DNA from: a virus
Virus record (IMG/VR): IMGVR_UViG_3300035086_000100
Coordinates: 35,060 to 99,059 of that record
Length of the DNA stretch: 64,000 nucleotides
Direction: 5' to 3' (one strand)
Below are positions 26,062 to 36,142 of this stretch, one piece after another; the first letter of the stretch is position 1; every line of letters starts with the position of its first letter. The translations under genes were made by a program, and so were the position numbers. The notes under the pieces are model-generated. The model searched no databases. It saw only the letters and a program-made list of their open reading frames with translations, and was not told the DNA's origin.

Positions 26062-26309
26062 GCACCGCCACGGCCAGCACCAGCGAAGAGACCCAGGCGG
26101 CCTGGGACCACCTCGCGGAATGCCTGCGCACGCTTAACGCTCTCGGTACCGGGGCCATGCACTGGTCGGAACGGTTCGCCGAGGAAGACCTCCCTCTGGG
26201 GTTGCCGCTTCAGGAAGCCGCCATCGAGGTAGCGGCGGGCGAGGCGGACGAGGCCCGCAGGGCGCTGCTGGCCAGGGGCGTGGACGTGCCGGATGAGGTC
26301 GGATCGTGA
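26058..26309 (+). CDS. Hypothetical protein
   Basis: ATGA coupling. Confidence 0.55.
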   Translation: MSTATASTSEETQAAWDHLAECLRTLNALGTGAMHWSERFAEEDLPLGLPLQEAAIEVAAGEADEARRALLARGVDVPDEVGS

Positions 26310-27523
26310 TGGCGATCGCAGAGCCGGCCAGCCTCGCGCCGGTCACTGACAAGAACTCCGGGGAGCGTTTTTATCCCTACCCCCGCAACGGGAAGCAGCT
26401 CGACTCGGTTACCTACCTGATCGGCGCCACGCAATCCAAGGCGTACCTGCGGGACTGGTACGCCGCGTCGGCCCTGGGCTGGGCAGCGGACAACCTTGAA
26501 CTGTTCCTGAAGACGCTCCGGGAGAAGGGCCGCAAGGACGCGATAGCGCTGGGGGCGGACGCCGCCGAGCAGGTCCGGCTGATCAAGGCGGACTGCGGCA
26601 CCTACGTTCACGACGTGGTCGAGGCGCTGACCTTGTGGGCCGCGTCGCCGCCCGGAACCGGTGCATCCGTCCCGCTCCCGCTGCTGCCCGATCACCTTGA
26701 GAACGCGCTCTACGACGGCGAGCCGCTGGCCGATATCGCGGCGTTCATGGTCGAGGGGTTCATCAACTTCATCGGCGCGTTCGGCTCCCCGAAGATCCTC
26801 GCGGCGGAGATGCAGGTCTACCACGAGCCGCTGGGGCTGGCCGGAACCCTGGACCTGATCATCGAGCTGGACGGGTACGCGATCAGCTTCGGGACCGGGC
26901 CGGACGGTGCCGACGAGATCGTGGCGTGCCCCGGCAACGTCCTGACGATCTGCATAGACGTCAAGACGGGCCGCGATCCGGACGCCACGTGGAAAGAGCA
27001 ACTGGCCGCTTACCGGCGGATGCTCGAATGCCTGGTCGGGCTGGGCGAGCTCCGGCCGATGCCGAAGACGGACTGCGGCGCGGTGCTGCACCTGAGGCCC
27101 GAGTACCCGGAGGGCTACCTGCTTCAGCTCGTGTCCGCGCGCGATGACGAGCCGGCGTGGCAGAGGTTCCTGGCGATGGCGAACGGGTGCAAGGAACGCC
27201 AGGCAGCCAAGGGCAAGCCGGGACCGTCGATCAGGGCACTGCGTCCCGATGGCACGATGCCCGGTCCCCGGATCTGCGACATGGCCGGGGAGGGCTACGG
27301 GCGGGCTCTGGCGCCGCTGGCTAGGGCGCTGGGCGCTGACGCCGAACTGGCCACCGTGGCGGGATTCACGGCTGAGGAACTGCTGGCCGTCAAGGGCATC
27401 GGGCTGGTGCTGCTCGGCCAGATCCGGACCATGCTCGCCGCACGGCGGATGTACCTCAAGGGCGAGGAACTGCTGCCCGTCCTCCATGCGGTTCGCGAAT
27501 CCATTCAGCGGGAGGTGGCCTGA
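26306..27523 (+). CDS. PD-(D/E)XK/Cas4-like exonuclease with C-terminal RNAP-alpha-CTD-like HhH
   Basis: SVT, GT.VH, AGTLD, IDVKTG, QLAAY; EELLAVKGIG. Confidence 0.85.
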   Translation: MMAIAEPASLAPVTDKNSGERFYPYPRNGKQLDSVTYLIGATQSKAYLRDWYAASALGWAADNLELFLKTLREKGRKDAIALGADAAEQVRLIKADCGTYVHDVVEALTLWAASPPGTGASVPLPLLPDHLENALYDGEPLADIAAFMVEGFINFIGAFGSPKILAAEMQVYHEPLGLAGTLDLIIELDGYAISFGTGPDGADEIVACPGNVLTICIDVKTGRDPDATWKEQLAAYRRMLECLVGLGELRPMPKTDCGAVLHLRPEYPEGYLLQLVSARDDEPAWQRFLAMANGCKERQAAKGKPGPSIRALRPDGTMPGPRICDMAGEGYGRALAPLARALGADAELATVAGFTAEELLAVKGIGLVLLGQIRTMLAARRMYLKGEELLPVLHAVRESIQREVA

Positions 27524-27524
27524 C

Positions 27525-28628
27525 ATGCCCGTACTCGACTTGCAAAGACGCGCCTACCAGTCCGGCCGGATCAGGCTCGGCCAGGCGGTGAAGACCGGCA
27601 AGCAGGACAAGGCCGGCAGGGACATCACCCGGCCGGTGAAGCTCGACACACTCCGTTTCACCTCGCCGTCCCGCTTCCAGGTGGAAGCGGCGGCACTGGC
27701 CTACGAAGGCGAGGTGTGCCCGTGGGACAACCGGGGCCGCAAGGAGTGGGAAGTGATCACGGCGGTCAGCGAGATCATGGTCGCCATCCCGCCCGCCGCT
27801 GACGCGATCTCCCAGTGGTACGAGATGTGGACCGGGGGCGGGTGCCAGAGACGTTGCGACTCCCAGCACGAGCAGAAGTCCGGCGGATCCTGCCTGTGCC
27901 CGCATGCGCAAGACCCGGATGACGAAGACGAAGTAGACCGGATGGCGCGGGAGCGCGCCCGGCTGTCCAAGCTGATGCCGCCTCAGGCGTGCGGGCTGAA
28001 GACCCGGGTTTCCCTTGTCCTGCCCGACCTGCCCGACGTCGGGGTGTGGCGGCTGGACACGGGCGGCTTCTACGCGGCCGGGGAGCTGATCGGCAAGGCC
28101 GAGCTGATGGCGCTGTGCCGTGACAGAAACTTGTTCCTTCCGGCCCGGCTGTGGATTGACCACCGGGTAGACGTCGTTAACGGCCAGACCAGGAAATACC
28201 CGGTCCCGGCGCTGGAGATCCTGAAGACGTTCCGCCAGGTAGCCACGGGAGAGCTTGAGGAAGCCGGGTGGGCCGCTCAGCTTCCGCCCGCGCCGGGCCA
28301 GCCGCTCGCAATCGCGGCTCCATCGCCAGGCGTGCCCCGGCCCGGTCCTGCATCGGCCGGCACGACAGGAGCAACCGGGCCGGGGTACCCCGAACCACCG
28401 GAACTAGCTGAGGACGAGCGGAAATACCAGCTAGCCCAGGCCATCGCCGACGAGTGCGCGGGCGAGATCGCGGGAGACCGGTTCAACTTCCTGTGCGCCG
28501 AGGCCCGGGGCAAGCACCTTGAAGGCGAGTACGTGTTCATCACCGCCGACCACGTGTCCGGCCCGGTCCTGCCGCTGAGCGAGCGCCTGACGGACCTGTG
28601 GGCACAGAAGGTCAAGGGGGCGGCATGA
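27525..28628 (+). CDS. Gp3-like recombination protein ('recombination directionality factor' family)
   Basis: GRIRLG, RPVKLDT.RFTS, YE.W..GG..RRCD, GVWRL.T; adjacent to the exonuclease. Confidence 0.75.
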   Translation: MPVLDLQRRAYQSGRIRLGQAVKTGKQDKAGRDITRPVKLDTLRFTSPSRFQVEAAALAYEGEVCPWDNRGRKEWEVITAVSEIMVAIPPAADAISQWYEMWTGGGCQRRCDSQHEQKSGGSCLCPHAQDPDDEDEVDRMARERARLSKLMPPQACGLKTRVSLVLPDLPDVGVWRLDTGGFYAAGELIGKAELMALCRDRNLFLPARLWIDHRVDVVNGQTRKYPVPALEILKTFRQVATGELEEAGWAAQLPPAPGQPLAIAAPSPGVPRPGPASAGTTGATGPGYPEPPELAEDERKYQLAQAIADECAGEIAGDRFNFLCAEARGKHLEGEYVFITADHVSGPVLPLSERLTDLWAQKVKGAA

Positions 28629-28831
28629 CGCTCGCCGAATGCGCCGATGCGCTTGCCGCCGGGTTCAGGGTCATCTACAGCCCGTTTAACCCCGACGACC
28701 CGGAAGAGGCCGGCGTCATCACCTCGGTAGGGGAGACGTTCGCCCATGTCCGGTACGGGGCCGATCTCGGCTCCCGGGCCACTAACCCGGAACGGCTGAG
28801 CCTGGCCGGCTATCCGGCGGTGACCGGATGA
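28625..28831 (+). CDS. Small SH3-like hypothetical protein
   Basis: RVIY..GVITSV..VRY..ATNPERL. Confidence 0.65.
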   Translation: MTLAECADALAAGFRVIYSPFNPDDPEEAGVITSVGETFAHVRYGADLGSRATNPERLSLAGYPAVTG

Positions 28832-29391
28832 ACCGTAACGGCAGGCTGAATCCCGGCTGCGGCCAGAGGAGATTCAGTAGCCAGCTAGCGGCAGAGAAGG
28901 CGCTGGCCAAGGCCCTGCTGCTGCCCGGCAACGCTGACGACGACCGCAGCGTGAAGCCGTGCAAGACGCGGGGCTGCGGAGGCTGGCACCTGTCCGAGTC
29001 CGACCACGAGACCGGGTTCAGCGCGACTGTGAGGCTTGCCGTACGCAAGCGAGCCGGTGGCGGGGACGTGAACGACGCCCGGTGCGAGTCCTGCAACATC
29101 TGGCTAGGCCGCTACGGCGGTCAGGTACAGCACATCGTGGCCCGGATGATCGGCGGCTCCCGCAAGCGGAACGGCATCACGAACGGCTGCCTGCTCTGCG
29201 GCAACTCGCTGACCGGCTGTCATGGCCTGTGCGAGGCCAGGAGCGAGCACATGCGCGCAAGAGGGTTCTGGCGCAAGTCGTCGGACCCGGTGATCCCGCT
29301 GATGCTCCACGGCGAGCAGTCAGGCGTCCTCGTTCACCTGACGCCAGAGGGCGGCTACGAGGTCGCGCGGCCAGGAGAGGAGGCAGCGTGA
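28828..29391 (+). CDS. HNH-like Zn-finger nuclease
   Basis: CESC..QH..R..GG..N...LCG..GCHG..E. Confidence 0.7.
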   Translation: MNRNGRLNPGCGQRRFSSQLAAEKALAKALLLPGNADDDRSVKPCKTRGCGGWHLSESDHETGFSATVRLAVRKRAGGGDVNDARCESCNIWLGRYGGQVQHIVARMIGGSRKRNGITNGCLLCGNSLTGCHGLCEARSEHMRARGFWRKSSDPVIPLMLHGEQSGVLVHLTPEGGYEVARPGEEAA

Positions 29392-29600
29392 CCTGGCTCC
29401 TGATCTACGTCGCGGCCATGCTCACGGCCCTCGTCGTCGTCAGCGCGGCATGCCGGCGCCTCGGTGACCTGCCCCGTGATGTCCCGCTGCACGGGGAACC
29501 GCTGACCGAAGCCGAACGCGCGGTCATCGCCGCCTGCGAGGCCGAATTCGCTGCGGATGCCGGTGACCGCGAGCCGGAAGACGAGCGGGGGCAGCGATGA
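29388..29600 (+). CDS. Small membrane protein
   Basis: N-terminal TM; GTGA coupling. Confidence 0.5.
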   Translation: MTWLLIYVAAMLTALVVVSAACRRLGDLPRDVPLHGEPLTEAERAVIAACEAEFAADAGDREPEDERGQR

Positions 29601-30355
29601 CTCCTGTCCCGTACTGGTCAGCACCTGACGTTGACCTGTTCCTCGGTGACTGCCGGGAAATCCTGCCCGCGCTCGGCGTGACCGCCGACTGCATTGTCGC
29701 CGATCCGCCCTATGGCGAAACATCGCTGCCGTGGGACCGGTGGCCTTCCGGCTGGCTCGATGCCGCCTCGCTCGTCACCAAGTCACTGTGGTGCTTCGGG
29801 TCGCTGCGGATGTTCCTTGACCAGCGCGATGAGTTCGCGCGATGGAAACTCAGCCAGGATCTCATCTGGGAGAAGCAGAACGGCTCGGGTTTCGATACCG
29901 ACCGCTTCAAGCGCGTTCACGAGGTAATTGCCCACTGGTACCGCGATGGCTGGGCGGCCATCCATCACGACGTACCTCGCGAGCAGGGTGCACCGCGTTC
30001 GGCGTCGATGTACAGGAGCAGGGCCGGCGGCGACCATCGCGGGCAGATCCACGCGTCAGAGGTGCAGCGGGATTCACTGCGACTCGCGCTCTCTGTTATC
30101 AGGATCAGGAACTTGCAGGGCCGGGCATTGCACCCCACCGAGAAGCCGGTCGGCATCCTTGACCCGCTCATCGCCTACGCCTGCCCGCCCGGCGGGCTGG
30201 TCATCGATCCGTTCGCCGGATCAGGCAGCACTCTTGACGCGGCCCGCTGTAGCGGCAGGCGCGCAATCGGCATCGAGGCGAACGAGAAATACATCGAACT
30301 AGCCGCCCGCCGCCTCTCGCAAGGGGACCTGTTCGGCGGACTGGAGGCGTCGTGA
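29597..30355 (+). CDS. N6-adenine/N4-cytosine DNA methyltransferase (beta class)
   Basis: DPPY, HPTEKP, DPFAGSGST. Confidence 0.95.
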   Translation: MTPVPYWSAPDVDLFLGDCREILPALGVTADCIVADPPYGETSLPWDRWPSGWLDAASLVTKSLWCFGSLRMFLDQRDEFARWKLSQDLIWEKQNGSGFDTDRFKRVHEVIAHWYRDGWAAIHHDVPREQGAPRSASMYRSRAGGDHRGQIHASEVQRDSLRLALSVIRIRNLQGRALHPTEKPVGILDPLIAYACPPGGLVIDPFAGSGSTLDAARCSGRRAIGIEANEKYIELAARRLSQGDLFGGLEAS

Positions 30356-30516
30356 TCGCCGCTATCGCTGTCCTGCTGGCCGCGCGAATCCTGCACGGCC
30401 TCATCTCCCGTAAGGACCGGACCCGTCCCCGGTACCCGCTCGGTGAGCTGCTTGACCTTTCCCGTACCGACCTAGACCACCCGTGCTGTGGAGTTCATCA
30501 GGAGAGAGCGCAATGA
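30352..30516 (+). CDS. Small hypothetical protein
   Basis: Hand-read 54-aa ORF coupled on both sides. Confidence 0.4.
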   Translation: MIAAIAVLLAARILHGLISRKDRTRPRYPLGELLDLSRTDLDHPCCGVHQERAQ

Positions 30517-31112
30517 GCAGGACCGTTTTCACGGATTGCGAAACCACTTCGCTGCGGCCGGATCGGCGCGCGTGGGAGATAGCCGCCATCGTCCGCGAGC
30601 CGGGGCAGCCGGACGCCGAGCATCACTGGTTCATCGACGCCGACGACCTGGACCTGGGCAACGCGGACCTGATCGCGCTGAACATCGGCCGGTTCTTCGA
30701 GCGGCACCCGCAGGCCCGGCTGGACCGCGAGCCCGAGGTCACCGAGTACTGCGACGAGAGCGATGCGATGCGCGAACTCGAAGCCATCACCCGGGGGGCG
30801 CACCTCATCGGGGCGGTGCCGAACTTCGACGCCGACGTCTACGCGGCCAGGATGCGGGCGCACGGCATCTGCCCGTCCTGGCATTACCACCTTTGCGACG
30901 CGGAAAACCTGATCGTCGGTTACCTCGCCGGTAAGGGGACGGTCCTGCTTCCGCCGTGGAAGTCCGATGACCTGGCCGCCGCGCTGGGACTGAAGGTGAG
31001 CGAGGACCAGCGGCATACCGCGATGGGTGACGCCCGGTTCGTGCGAGACATCTGGGACGCCATCATGGGCGGTCCCCACGCGGTCGCTGAGGCCCTGGCG
31101 GCAACAGCGTGA
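30513..31112 (+). CDS. DnaQ-like DEDDh 3'-5' exonuclease
   Basis: TDCETT, PNFD, HTAMGDA. Confidence 0.85.
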   Translation: MSRTVFTDCETTSLRPDRRAWEIAAIVREPGQPDAEHHWFIDADDLDLGNADLIALNIGRFFERHPQARLDREPEVTEYCDESDAMRELEAITRGAHLIGAVPNFDADVYAARMRAHGICPSWHYHLCDAENLIVGYLAGKGTVLLPPWKSDDLAAALGLKVSEDQRHTAMGDARFVRDIWDAIMGGPHAVAEALAATA

Positions 31113-31294
31113 AATCCCTCACCAACTCCCGTGAACTGGCCCGCGAGCGCCGAGCCGAGTACATCCGGCTGAGGCTCGCAGGGACCGGGAAGTACGAGGC
31201 GGCTACCGCCGTGGGCGTTGACGATCAGGTGACCCGCAGCCGCTATGAGCGGTGGTTCGAGGCCGAGCGCCCCGACCGGGCGGTGAGCGGCTGA
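31109..31294 (+). CDS. Small HTH-like protein
   Basis: YIRLRLAG..EAATAVGV..RYE. Confidence 0.5.
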   Translation: MKSLTNSRELARERRAEYIRLRLAGTGKYEAATAVGVDDQVTRSRYERWFEAERPDRAVSG

Positions 31295-31671
31295 TGGGCG
31301 GCACCCTGACCGAGACCGCCCTGTGCGAGTCGTGTGGCTCGGATGCCCGCTGCAAGGGCCTCAGCGCGTGCGTGCGCTGCCTTCCCGCCGTCTGCGGGTT
31401 CACCCACCGGCAGCTCTACTGGTGGGTGACACGCGGCTACGTGCGCCCCCGCAACCCCCTGCCCGGTTCGGGTCGCAGCCTGGAGTGGCCCGGGAGCGAG
31501 CTTGAGATAGCCCGCAGGATGGCCGTCCTCGTCAAGGCCGGGATCGCTGTCTCCGTCGCCGCGAAGTTCGCCCGTGACGGCTGGCCTTCCGGGGAGATAG
31601 CACCCGGCATACGGATACAGGCGGGCGAACTGTTGCCGGATGCAATGGCCGGCAGGGGGGCGGGAGAGTGA
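31294..31671 (+). CDS. MerR-like HTH with N-terminal Cys cluster
   Basis: GFTHRQLYWWVTRGYV.P..GSG. Confidence 0.7.
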   Translation: MGGTLTETALCESCGSDARCKGLSACVRCLPAVCGFTHRQLYWWVTRGYVRPRNPLPGSGRSLEWPGSELEIARRMAVLVKAGIAVSVAAKFARDGWPSGEIAPGIRIQAGELLPDAMAGRGAGE

Positions 31672-32444
31672 GCCCGGCCCCGTACTGGAGCGACGAGCGG
31701 TGCTCGCTGTATCTCGGTGACTGCCTCGAAGTGATGGCGACGCTCGCAAGCGAGTCCGTGGCAGCCGTCCTGACCGACCCCCCTTATAACTCTGGCGGCC
31801 GGCGGGAGAACGCCCGGAGCCTCCGCAAGTCCATGACGCGGTCGCAGCGCGACGACGAGTGGATTCACGGCGACGCGATGAGCACCCAGGGGTTCATCTG
31901 GCTCATGCGCCAGTGCGGCCTTCAGTGGCGCAGGCTCCTCGCGCCGGGCGGTCACGCGCTGACGTTCATCGACTGGCGGATGGCACCCAACCTGAGCGCC
32001 GCGCTGGAGTCAGCCGACCTGCGCCAGCACCCGATCGTGGTCTGGGACAAGGCGAAACTCGGCATGGGAACGATCTTCCGCAACCAGCACGAGTTCATCG
32101 TTCACATGACGGCCGGCAACCCGTCTGACCCGCAGCGGCGCGACGTCGGCAACGTGCTTCGGTTCGCCGCCGTGCGTGACGGCGTGCACCCGACCGAGAA
32201 GCCGCTGCCCCTGCTGCACGTGCTCCTGTCTGTCGTTGCCCCGCCGGGCGGGCTCGTGCTGGACCCGTTCGCAGGATCAGGATCGGTCCTGCTCGCGGCG
32301 CGCGACCTCGGCATGAGGGCTATCGGCATTGACTCCGATGAGCGGTGGTGCGAGCAGGCAGCGCGACGGCTCAGCCAGCCCCTGATGATCGCCCCCGCTG
32401 AACCTCCGGATACCGGATCGCAACTAGCGCTGGAGGCGTCATGA
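31668..32444 (+). CDS. N6-adenine/N4-cytosine DNA methyltransferase (beta class)
   Basis: TDPPY, HPTEKP, DPFAGSGS. Confidence 0.95.
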   Translation: MSPAPYWSDERCSLYLGDCLEVMATLASESVAAVLTDPPYNSGGRRENARSLRKSMTRSQRDDEWIHGDAMSTQGFIWLMRQCGLQWRRLLAPGGHALTFIDWRMAPNLSAALESADLRQHPIVVWDKAKLGMGTIFRNQHEFIVHMTAGNPSDPQRRDVGNVLRFAAVRDGVHPTEKPLPLLHVLLSVVAPPGGLVLDPFAGSGSVLLAARDLGMRAIGIDSDERWCEQAARRLSQPLMIAPAEPPDTGSQLALEAS

Positions 32445-32852
32445 CCGGGGGCAGTGATGGCTAGCCGCGCCGCCGACGTGCTCGCTAAGGCGATGCCGGA
32501 GAACGGCGGCAAGGGCAGCCTTGACTACGCGCTGCGGATGATGCTGGCCGGTGACTTCACGGGCCGGCTCCTGTGGCAGCACAACTCCGATTCGCGGCGC
32601 GCTCACGGCGGGTGGCCGGACTGGGTGATCGCGAGAGCAGTCCGTCCCGGGATGCCCGGTGCGGCGATGTTCCGCGAGCTGAAGCGGGAAGGCGAGAAGC
32701 CGACGCGCGGGCAGCGGGAATGGCTCTGCGCGCTTGAGGCGGCCGGATTCGACGCAGGCGTCTGGTACCCGCACGACTACTACGACGGGACCATCGCGAG
32801 GGAACTGGCGGCGCTGGCGGGACTCAGGATCGCGGGCGGTGAGAGCCGGTGA
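32441..32852 (+). CDS. VRR-NUC-like endonuclease (start uncertain, 32441-32457)
   Basis: DSRR..GWPD..FRELK..K...GQREWL. Confidence 0.75.
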
Positions 32853-33089
32853 TCAGGTCAGCGTCTCGTCCGGGTGCTTCTCTGCCCACTGGCGGTAAGC
32901 GGCCTCGTACGCGCGGACCTGCTGCAGGCCGACGCCCATCTGCTGGGCGATCGTCGCCTGTGACTCGCCGCCGGACTCGCGGGCCTCGATCATCGACAGG
33001 CCGAGCAGTGCCCGTTCCCTGTCGACCATCTCCCGGGCCTGGGCGCGGGCGTTGTCGAACGCCTTCCTCTGCTCCAGAACTTTCGTCAT
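32853..33089 (-). CDS. Small HTH protein, opposite to the operon
   Basis: ESQATIAQQMGVGLQQVRAYE; RBS GGAGG. Confidence 0.65.
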   Translation of the reverse strand: MTKVLEQRKAFDNARAQAREMVDRERALLGLSMIEARESGGESQATIAQQMGVGLQQVRAYEAAYRQWAEKHPDETLT

Positions 33090-33277
33090 GGCGTTGCTCA
33101 CGCCCTCCACTATCGCACGTCTGCACGTGTGCACGGCAGTACCTGGCACGCACCGCTATGCAGGACAGCGGCTTGGTTCCACTATAACACCGTAGGTGGT
33201 ATGGTCATGACCTACACAGATGTACAGTAGCTAAGTGTCCACCCTCGTTTACCACGAAGCTCAGGAGGGACCGCGGA

Positions 33278-34375
33278 ATGGCCGTGAGCAAGAGGCTCCG
33301 CTACGAAGTACTGAGGCGGGACAACTTCGCCTGCCGGTACTGCGGCGCGACCGCTCCGGAAGCCAGGCTCGTGGTCGATGCCGTAGTACCTGACGCCCTT
33401 GGCGGGAGTCATAAGGACCCGGCCAATCTCGTTACCGCTTGCGAGCCTTGCAATAACGGCAAGAGTGCCACGCCGCCCGATGCGGCCACGATCGCCGACG
33501 TGGCGCAGGATGCGCTTCGCTGGTCCCGGGCGATGGCCGCCGCCGCCGAGATCACGCTTGCCCGCGACGAGGAAGTGACCGGCGCGCAGGAGCGTTTCGC
33601 CGAGGTCTGGGACGCCTGGACGTACGGCGACGGCAAGTTGCCTGTGCCCAGGGATCCGGGCTGGCGCGAGTCGGTCAGCTCGCTCATGGCCGCCGGGCTC
33701 CCGATGCCAGTCCTTGAGGAATGCATCGGTATTGCGATGCGCCGCAGGCGCGTGACGCCTGATAACACCTTCCGCTACATGTGCGGTGTCGCGTGGAAGA
33801 AAGTCGGCGAACTGCAGGCACTGGCGCGGGATCTTCCCCCGCTGGCCGAAGCATCGGCGGGCGCGGCGGACAGCACCAGCGGACAGGCACGGGATGCCCT
33901 GGACAAGTGGTGTGGCGACATGCTCGGTGGCCGGGACGAGCGCGATGTGGAGATAGCGAGGCGCGACTGCCGGGACCGGTCGGGAGAAGATTTCCCCGCC
34001 GGAATCCTCTGGTTCGTAATTAACAATCTTGAGCGCGACCGGGCATCACTCCGCGAAACGCTCCGGGACCTGATGCTGGCGCTCCCCCCCGAGATCGGGC
34101 TGCGTTTCATCCGCCAGCATGAAAGGTATTACCGCGAGCGTTTCGGCGATTCGCTGCGCCCCGACACGGCGCTAGTCAGCGCAGCGCAATTCGCGACCGG
34201 AGAGATAGCTTTCGCCAGCGCACGCCAGCAGATGGCCATGCTGCCGCGACGCGACTACGACGAATGGGTTCAGCGGGCTAGGGATGAGAACGCCGAGTTC
34301 GCCGAGCATCTGAGCGACGACTATTACGTGACCGAGGCCGCGAGGCTCATGCGCGAAGAGGGCGAGGCGGCCTGA
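33278..34375 (+). CDS. HNH-fold (His-to-Ala) + helical domain protein upstream of the initiator
   Basis: LRYEVLRRDNFACRYCG..VDAVVP..GG..NLVTAC.PCN.GKS. Confidence 0.8.
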   Translation: MAVSKRLRYEVLRRDNFACRYCGATAPEARLVVDAVVPDALGGSHKDPANLVTACEPCNNGKSATPPDAATIADVAQDALRWSRAMAAAAEITLARDEEVTGAQERFAEVWDAWTYGDGKLPVPRDPGWRESVSSLMAAGLPMPVLEECIGIAMRRRRVTPDNTFRYMCGVAWKKVGELQALARDLPPLAEASAGAADSTSGQARDALDKWCGDMLGGRDERDVEIARRDCRDRSGEDFPAGILWFVINNLERDRASLRETLRDLMLALPPEIGLRFIRQHERYYRERFGDSLRPDTALVSAAQFATGEIAFASARQQMAMLPRRDYDEWVQRARDENAEFAEHLSDDYYVTEAARLMREEGEAA

Positions 34376-35355
34376 TGCCCCGCACCGAAGCGCGCATCTT
34401 CACGACCATCTGGCGCGATGAGGACTTCCTGGCACTGCCGGCGGGTGCCCAGCGGCTCTACATGTTCCTGCTGAGCCAGGACGACCTGTCCTACTGCGGG
34501 GTGATGCCGCTGCGCGAGCGGCGCTGGGCGGGCAAGGCCGCGGGCCTGTCGCTGCATGACGTGGAAACGGACCTCAAGGCGCTGGAGACGGCCGGGCGCA
34601 TGTTCGTCGTCACCGACGAGGACACCGGGGAGCTGCTGGTCCGCGCGATGATCCGGCGTGACGGCGCGTGGAAGCAGCCCAACTTGCTCAAGCAGGCCCG
34701 CGAGTCCGCCGAGCAGATCGAGTCATCCAAGATACGTGCCCACCTGCTGACTGAGCTGCAGCGCCTGCCCGTCTGCGAGTCACCATCAGAGCAGGTCAAG
34801 ACCCTGGTCGCTGATTTCATAATAGATCTTGAACAGGGTAAGCCGAAGGGTAAGGCTTACCCTGAGCCGGACCCAAGCGACGACCCTCCGGCCGACCCTA
34901 CGGGCGAGGGTTCGGCCAACGGCAGGGCCGAGGGTGCGGCTAAGGACAATGCGTGCGCGCGGGAGCTTGGAGTACGTAACGGTAGTAACCAACGTCTTCT
35001 CCAAGCTCCTACCTCCGAAGCTCCAAGTTCTTTGCCGGCGCGGGATCGAAAACTCGGCACGTACCTGCCTGAGCCCTTCGTCGTTACCGACGAAATGAAG
35101 ACCTGGTTCCGCCAGCACTGCGCCCACGTCAATGCCCGGTTCGAGCACGACAAGTTCCTCGACCACTGGCGCGGCAAGCCCGGCAAGGACGGCCGCAAGG
35201 TCGACTGGGTTGCCACCTGGCGGAACTGGATGCGCAACGCCGAGCAGCGTTCCGCCCCCCGCCACCGCGGCGGCAGCCAGCGCCAGGAAGCAACCGACGA
35301 ATGGACCGAGCGCGCGCTGAGCCGTGCTCAGGCACGGCAAGGAGAACCCGCATGA
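34375..35355 (+). CDS. Phage replication initiator
   Basis: IW.DEDF.AL..AQRLY..LLSQ N-terminus; KF.DHW..K.DW.ATWRNW C-terminus; iterons in linker. Confidence 0.85.
   Translation: MPRTEARIFTTIWRDEDFLALPAGAQRLYMFLLSQDDLSYCGVMPLRERRWAGKAAGLSLHDVETDLKALETAGRMFVVTDEDTGELLVRAMIRRDGAWKQPNLLKQARESAEQIESSKIRAHLLTELQRLPVCESPSEQVKTLVADFIIDLEQGKPKGKAYPEPDPSDDPPADPTGEGSANGRAEGAAKDNACARELGVRNGSNQRLLQAPTSEAPSSLPARDRKLGTYLPEPFVVTDEMKTWFRQHCAHVNARFEHDKFLDHWRGKPGKDGRKVDWVATWRNWMRNAEQRSAPRHRGGSQRQEATDEWTERALSRAQARQGEPA
34835..34936 (+). repeat. AGGGT/ACCCT iteron cluster (phage origin candidate)
   Basis: AGGGTAAG at 34835 and 34847, CTTACCCT at 34856, CGACCCT x2, GAGGGT x2. Confidence 0.55.
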
Positions 35356-35825
35356 CACCCACCGAAACGGTCCTGCTGGTGCGCTACGTCAGGGCGTGCT
35401 GCCCGCATCAGGCGATGGACGAGTACACCCCCGACGCATGGCATGACCTGCTCGGCGACCTGCCGCTGGCGGACTGCAAGCTAGCCGTCCAGGTGGTGGC
35501 GAAGCGGCAGCCGTTCATTGCCCCGGCCGAGATCCGCGCCGAGGTGCGCCGGGTCCGCAACGAGCGGATCGCGCACTCGGTGATCCCGGCGCCCGACCCG
35601 GAACTTGACCCGCCTGCCCACAGGGCCGCGCTCGCCGAGTCGGTACGCCGCGCCGCTGACGGCGAACTCCCGGCCGGCCCGGAGCCGCTGGCGATCACGG
35701 GCGGACCGAAGCGGGAGCGGCGGCACGGGCAGCCGGCGGCGCTGGCGGAACTGCTGACCGAGACGCGGGCCTCGCTGGCCGCGGGCAGGCGGCACGTCGA
35801 CGGCGAGACGGGGGACCGGTCATGA
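35352..35825 (+). CDS. G39P-like helicase loader/inhibitor
   Basis: MTP.E..LV..TPDAWHDLLGDL..F IAPAEIR; follows the initiator. Confidence 0.75.
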   Translation: MTPTETVLLVRYVRACCPHQAMDEYTPDAWHDLLGDLPLADCKLAVQVVAKRQPFIAPAEIRAEVRRVRNERIAHSVIPAPDPELDPPAHRAALAESVRRAADGELPAGPEPLAITGGPKRERRHGQPAALAELLTETRASLAAGRRHVDGETGDRS

Positions 35826-36142
35826 CCGAGATCCGCACCGCCACCCCGGAGCTAATCGACCTGGCCGCAGGGATGCGGCCCGACTGGGACCAACGGGACC
35901 TGACGGGGGCTCTCGCAGCCGCGGCGGGCAACGGCTGGCCGTTCCCGAGAACCTGCCTCGCCGCGGTCCGGTACATGTGCGACCCGAAGGCCACCCCGCG
36001 TGACCTGAGGGCCGAGGTGACGAAGCCGACCGCCCGCAAGCCGGAATCTCCCGCCGACCCGAAGGCCAGCCCGGAGGCGGCGGCGATGCTCGCGGACGCT
36101 CATGCGCGGATCGCGGAACGCAAGTCAGGCGTCCCGCAGTGA
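35822..36142 (+). CDS. Hypothetical protein
   Basis: RPDW motif; ATGA coupling. Confidence 0.6.
   Translation: MTEIRTATPELIDLAAGMRPDWDQRDLTGALAAAAGNGWPFPRTCLAAVRYMCDPKATPRDLRAEVTKPTARKPESPADPKASPEAAAMLADAHARIAERKSGVPQ

Noticed and set aside
26306-27523. Cas4-like nuclease as evidence of CRISPR-Cas
   Set aside because: Sits beside a recombination protein in the early operon; ordinary phage exonuclease context.
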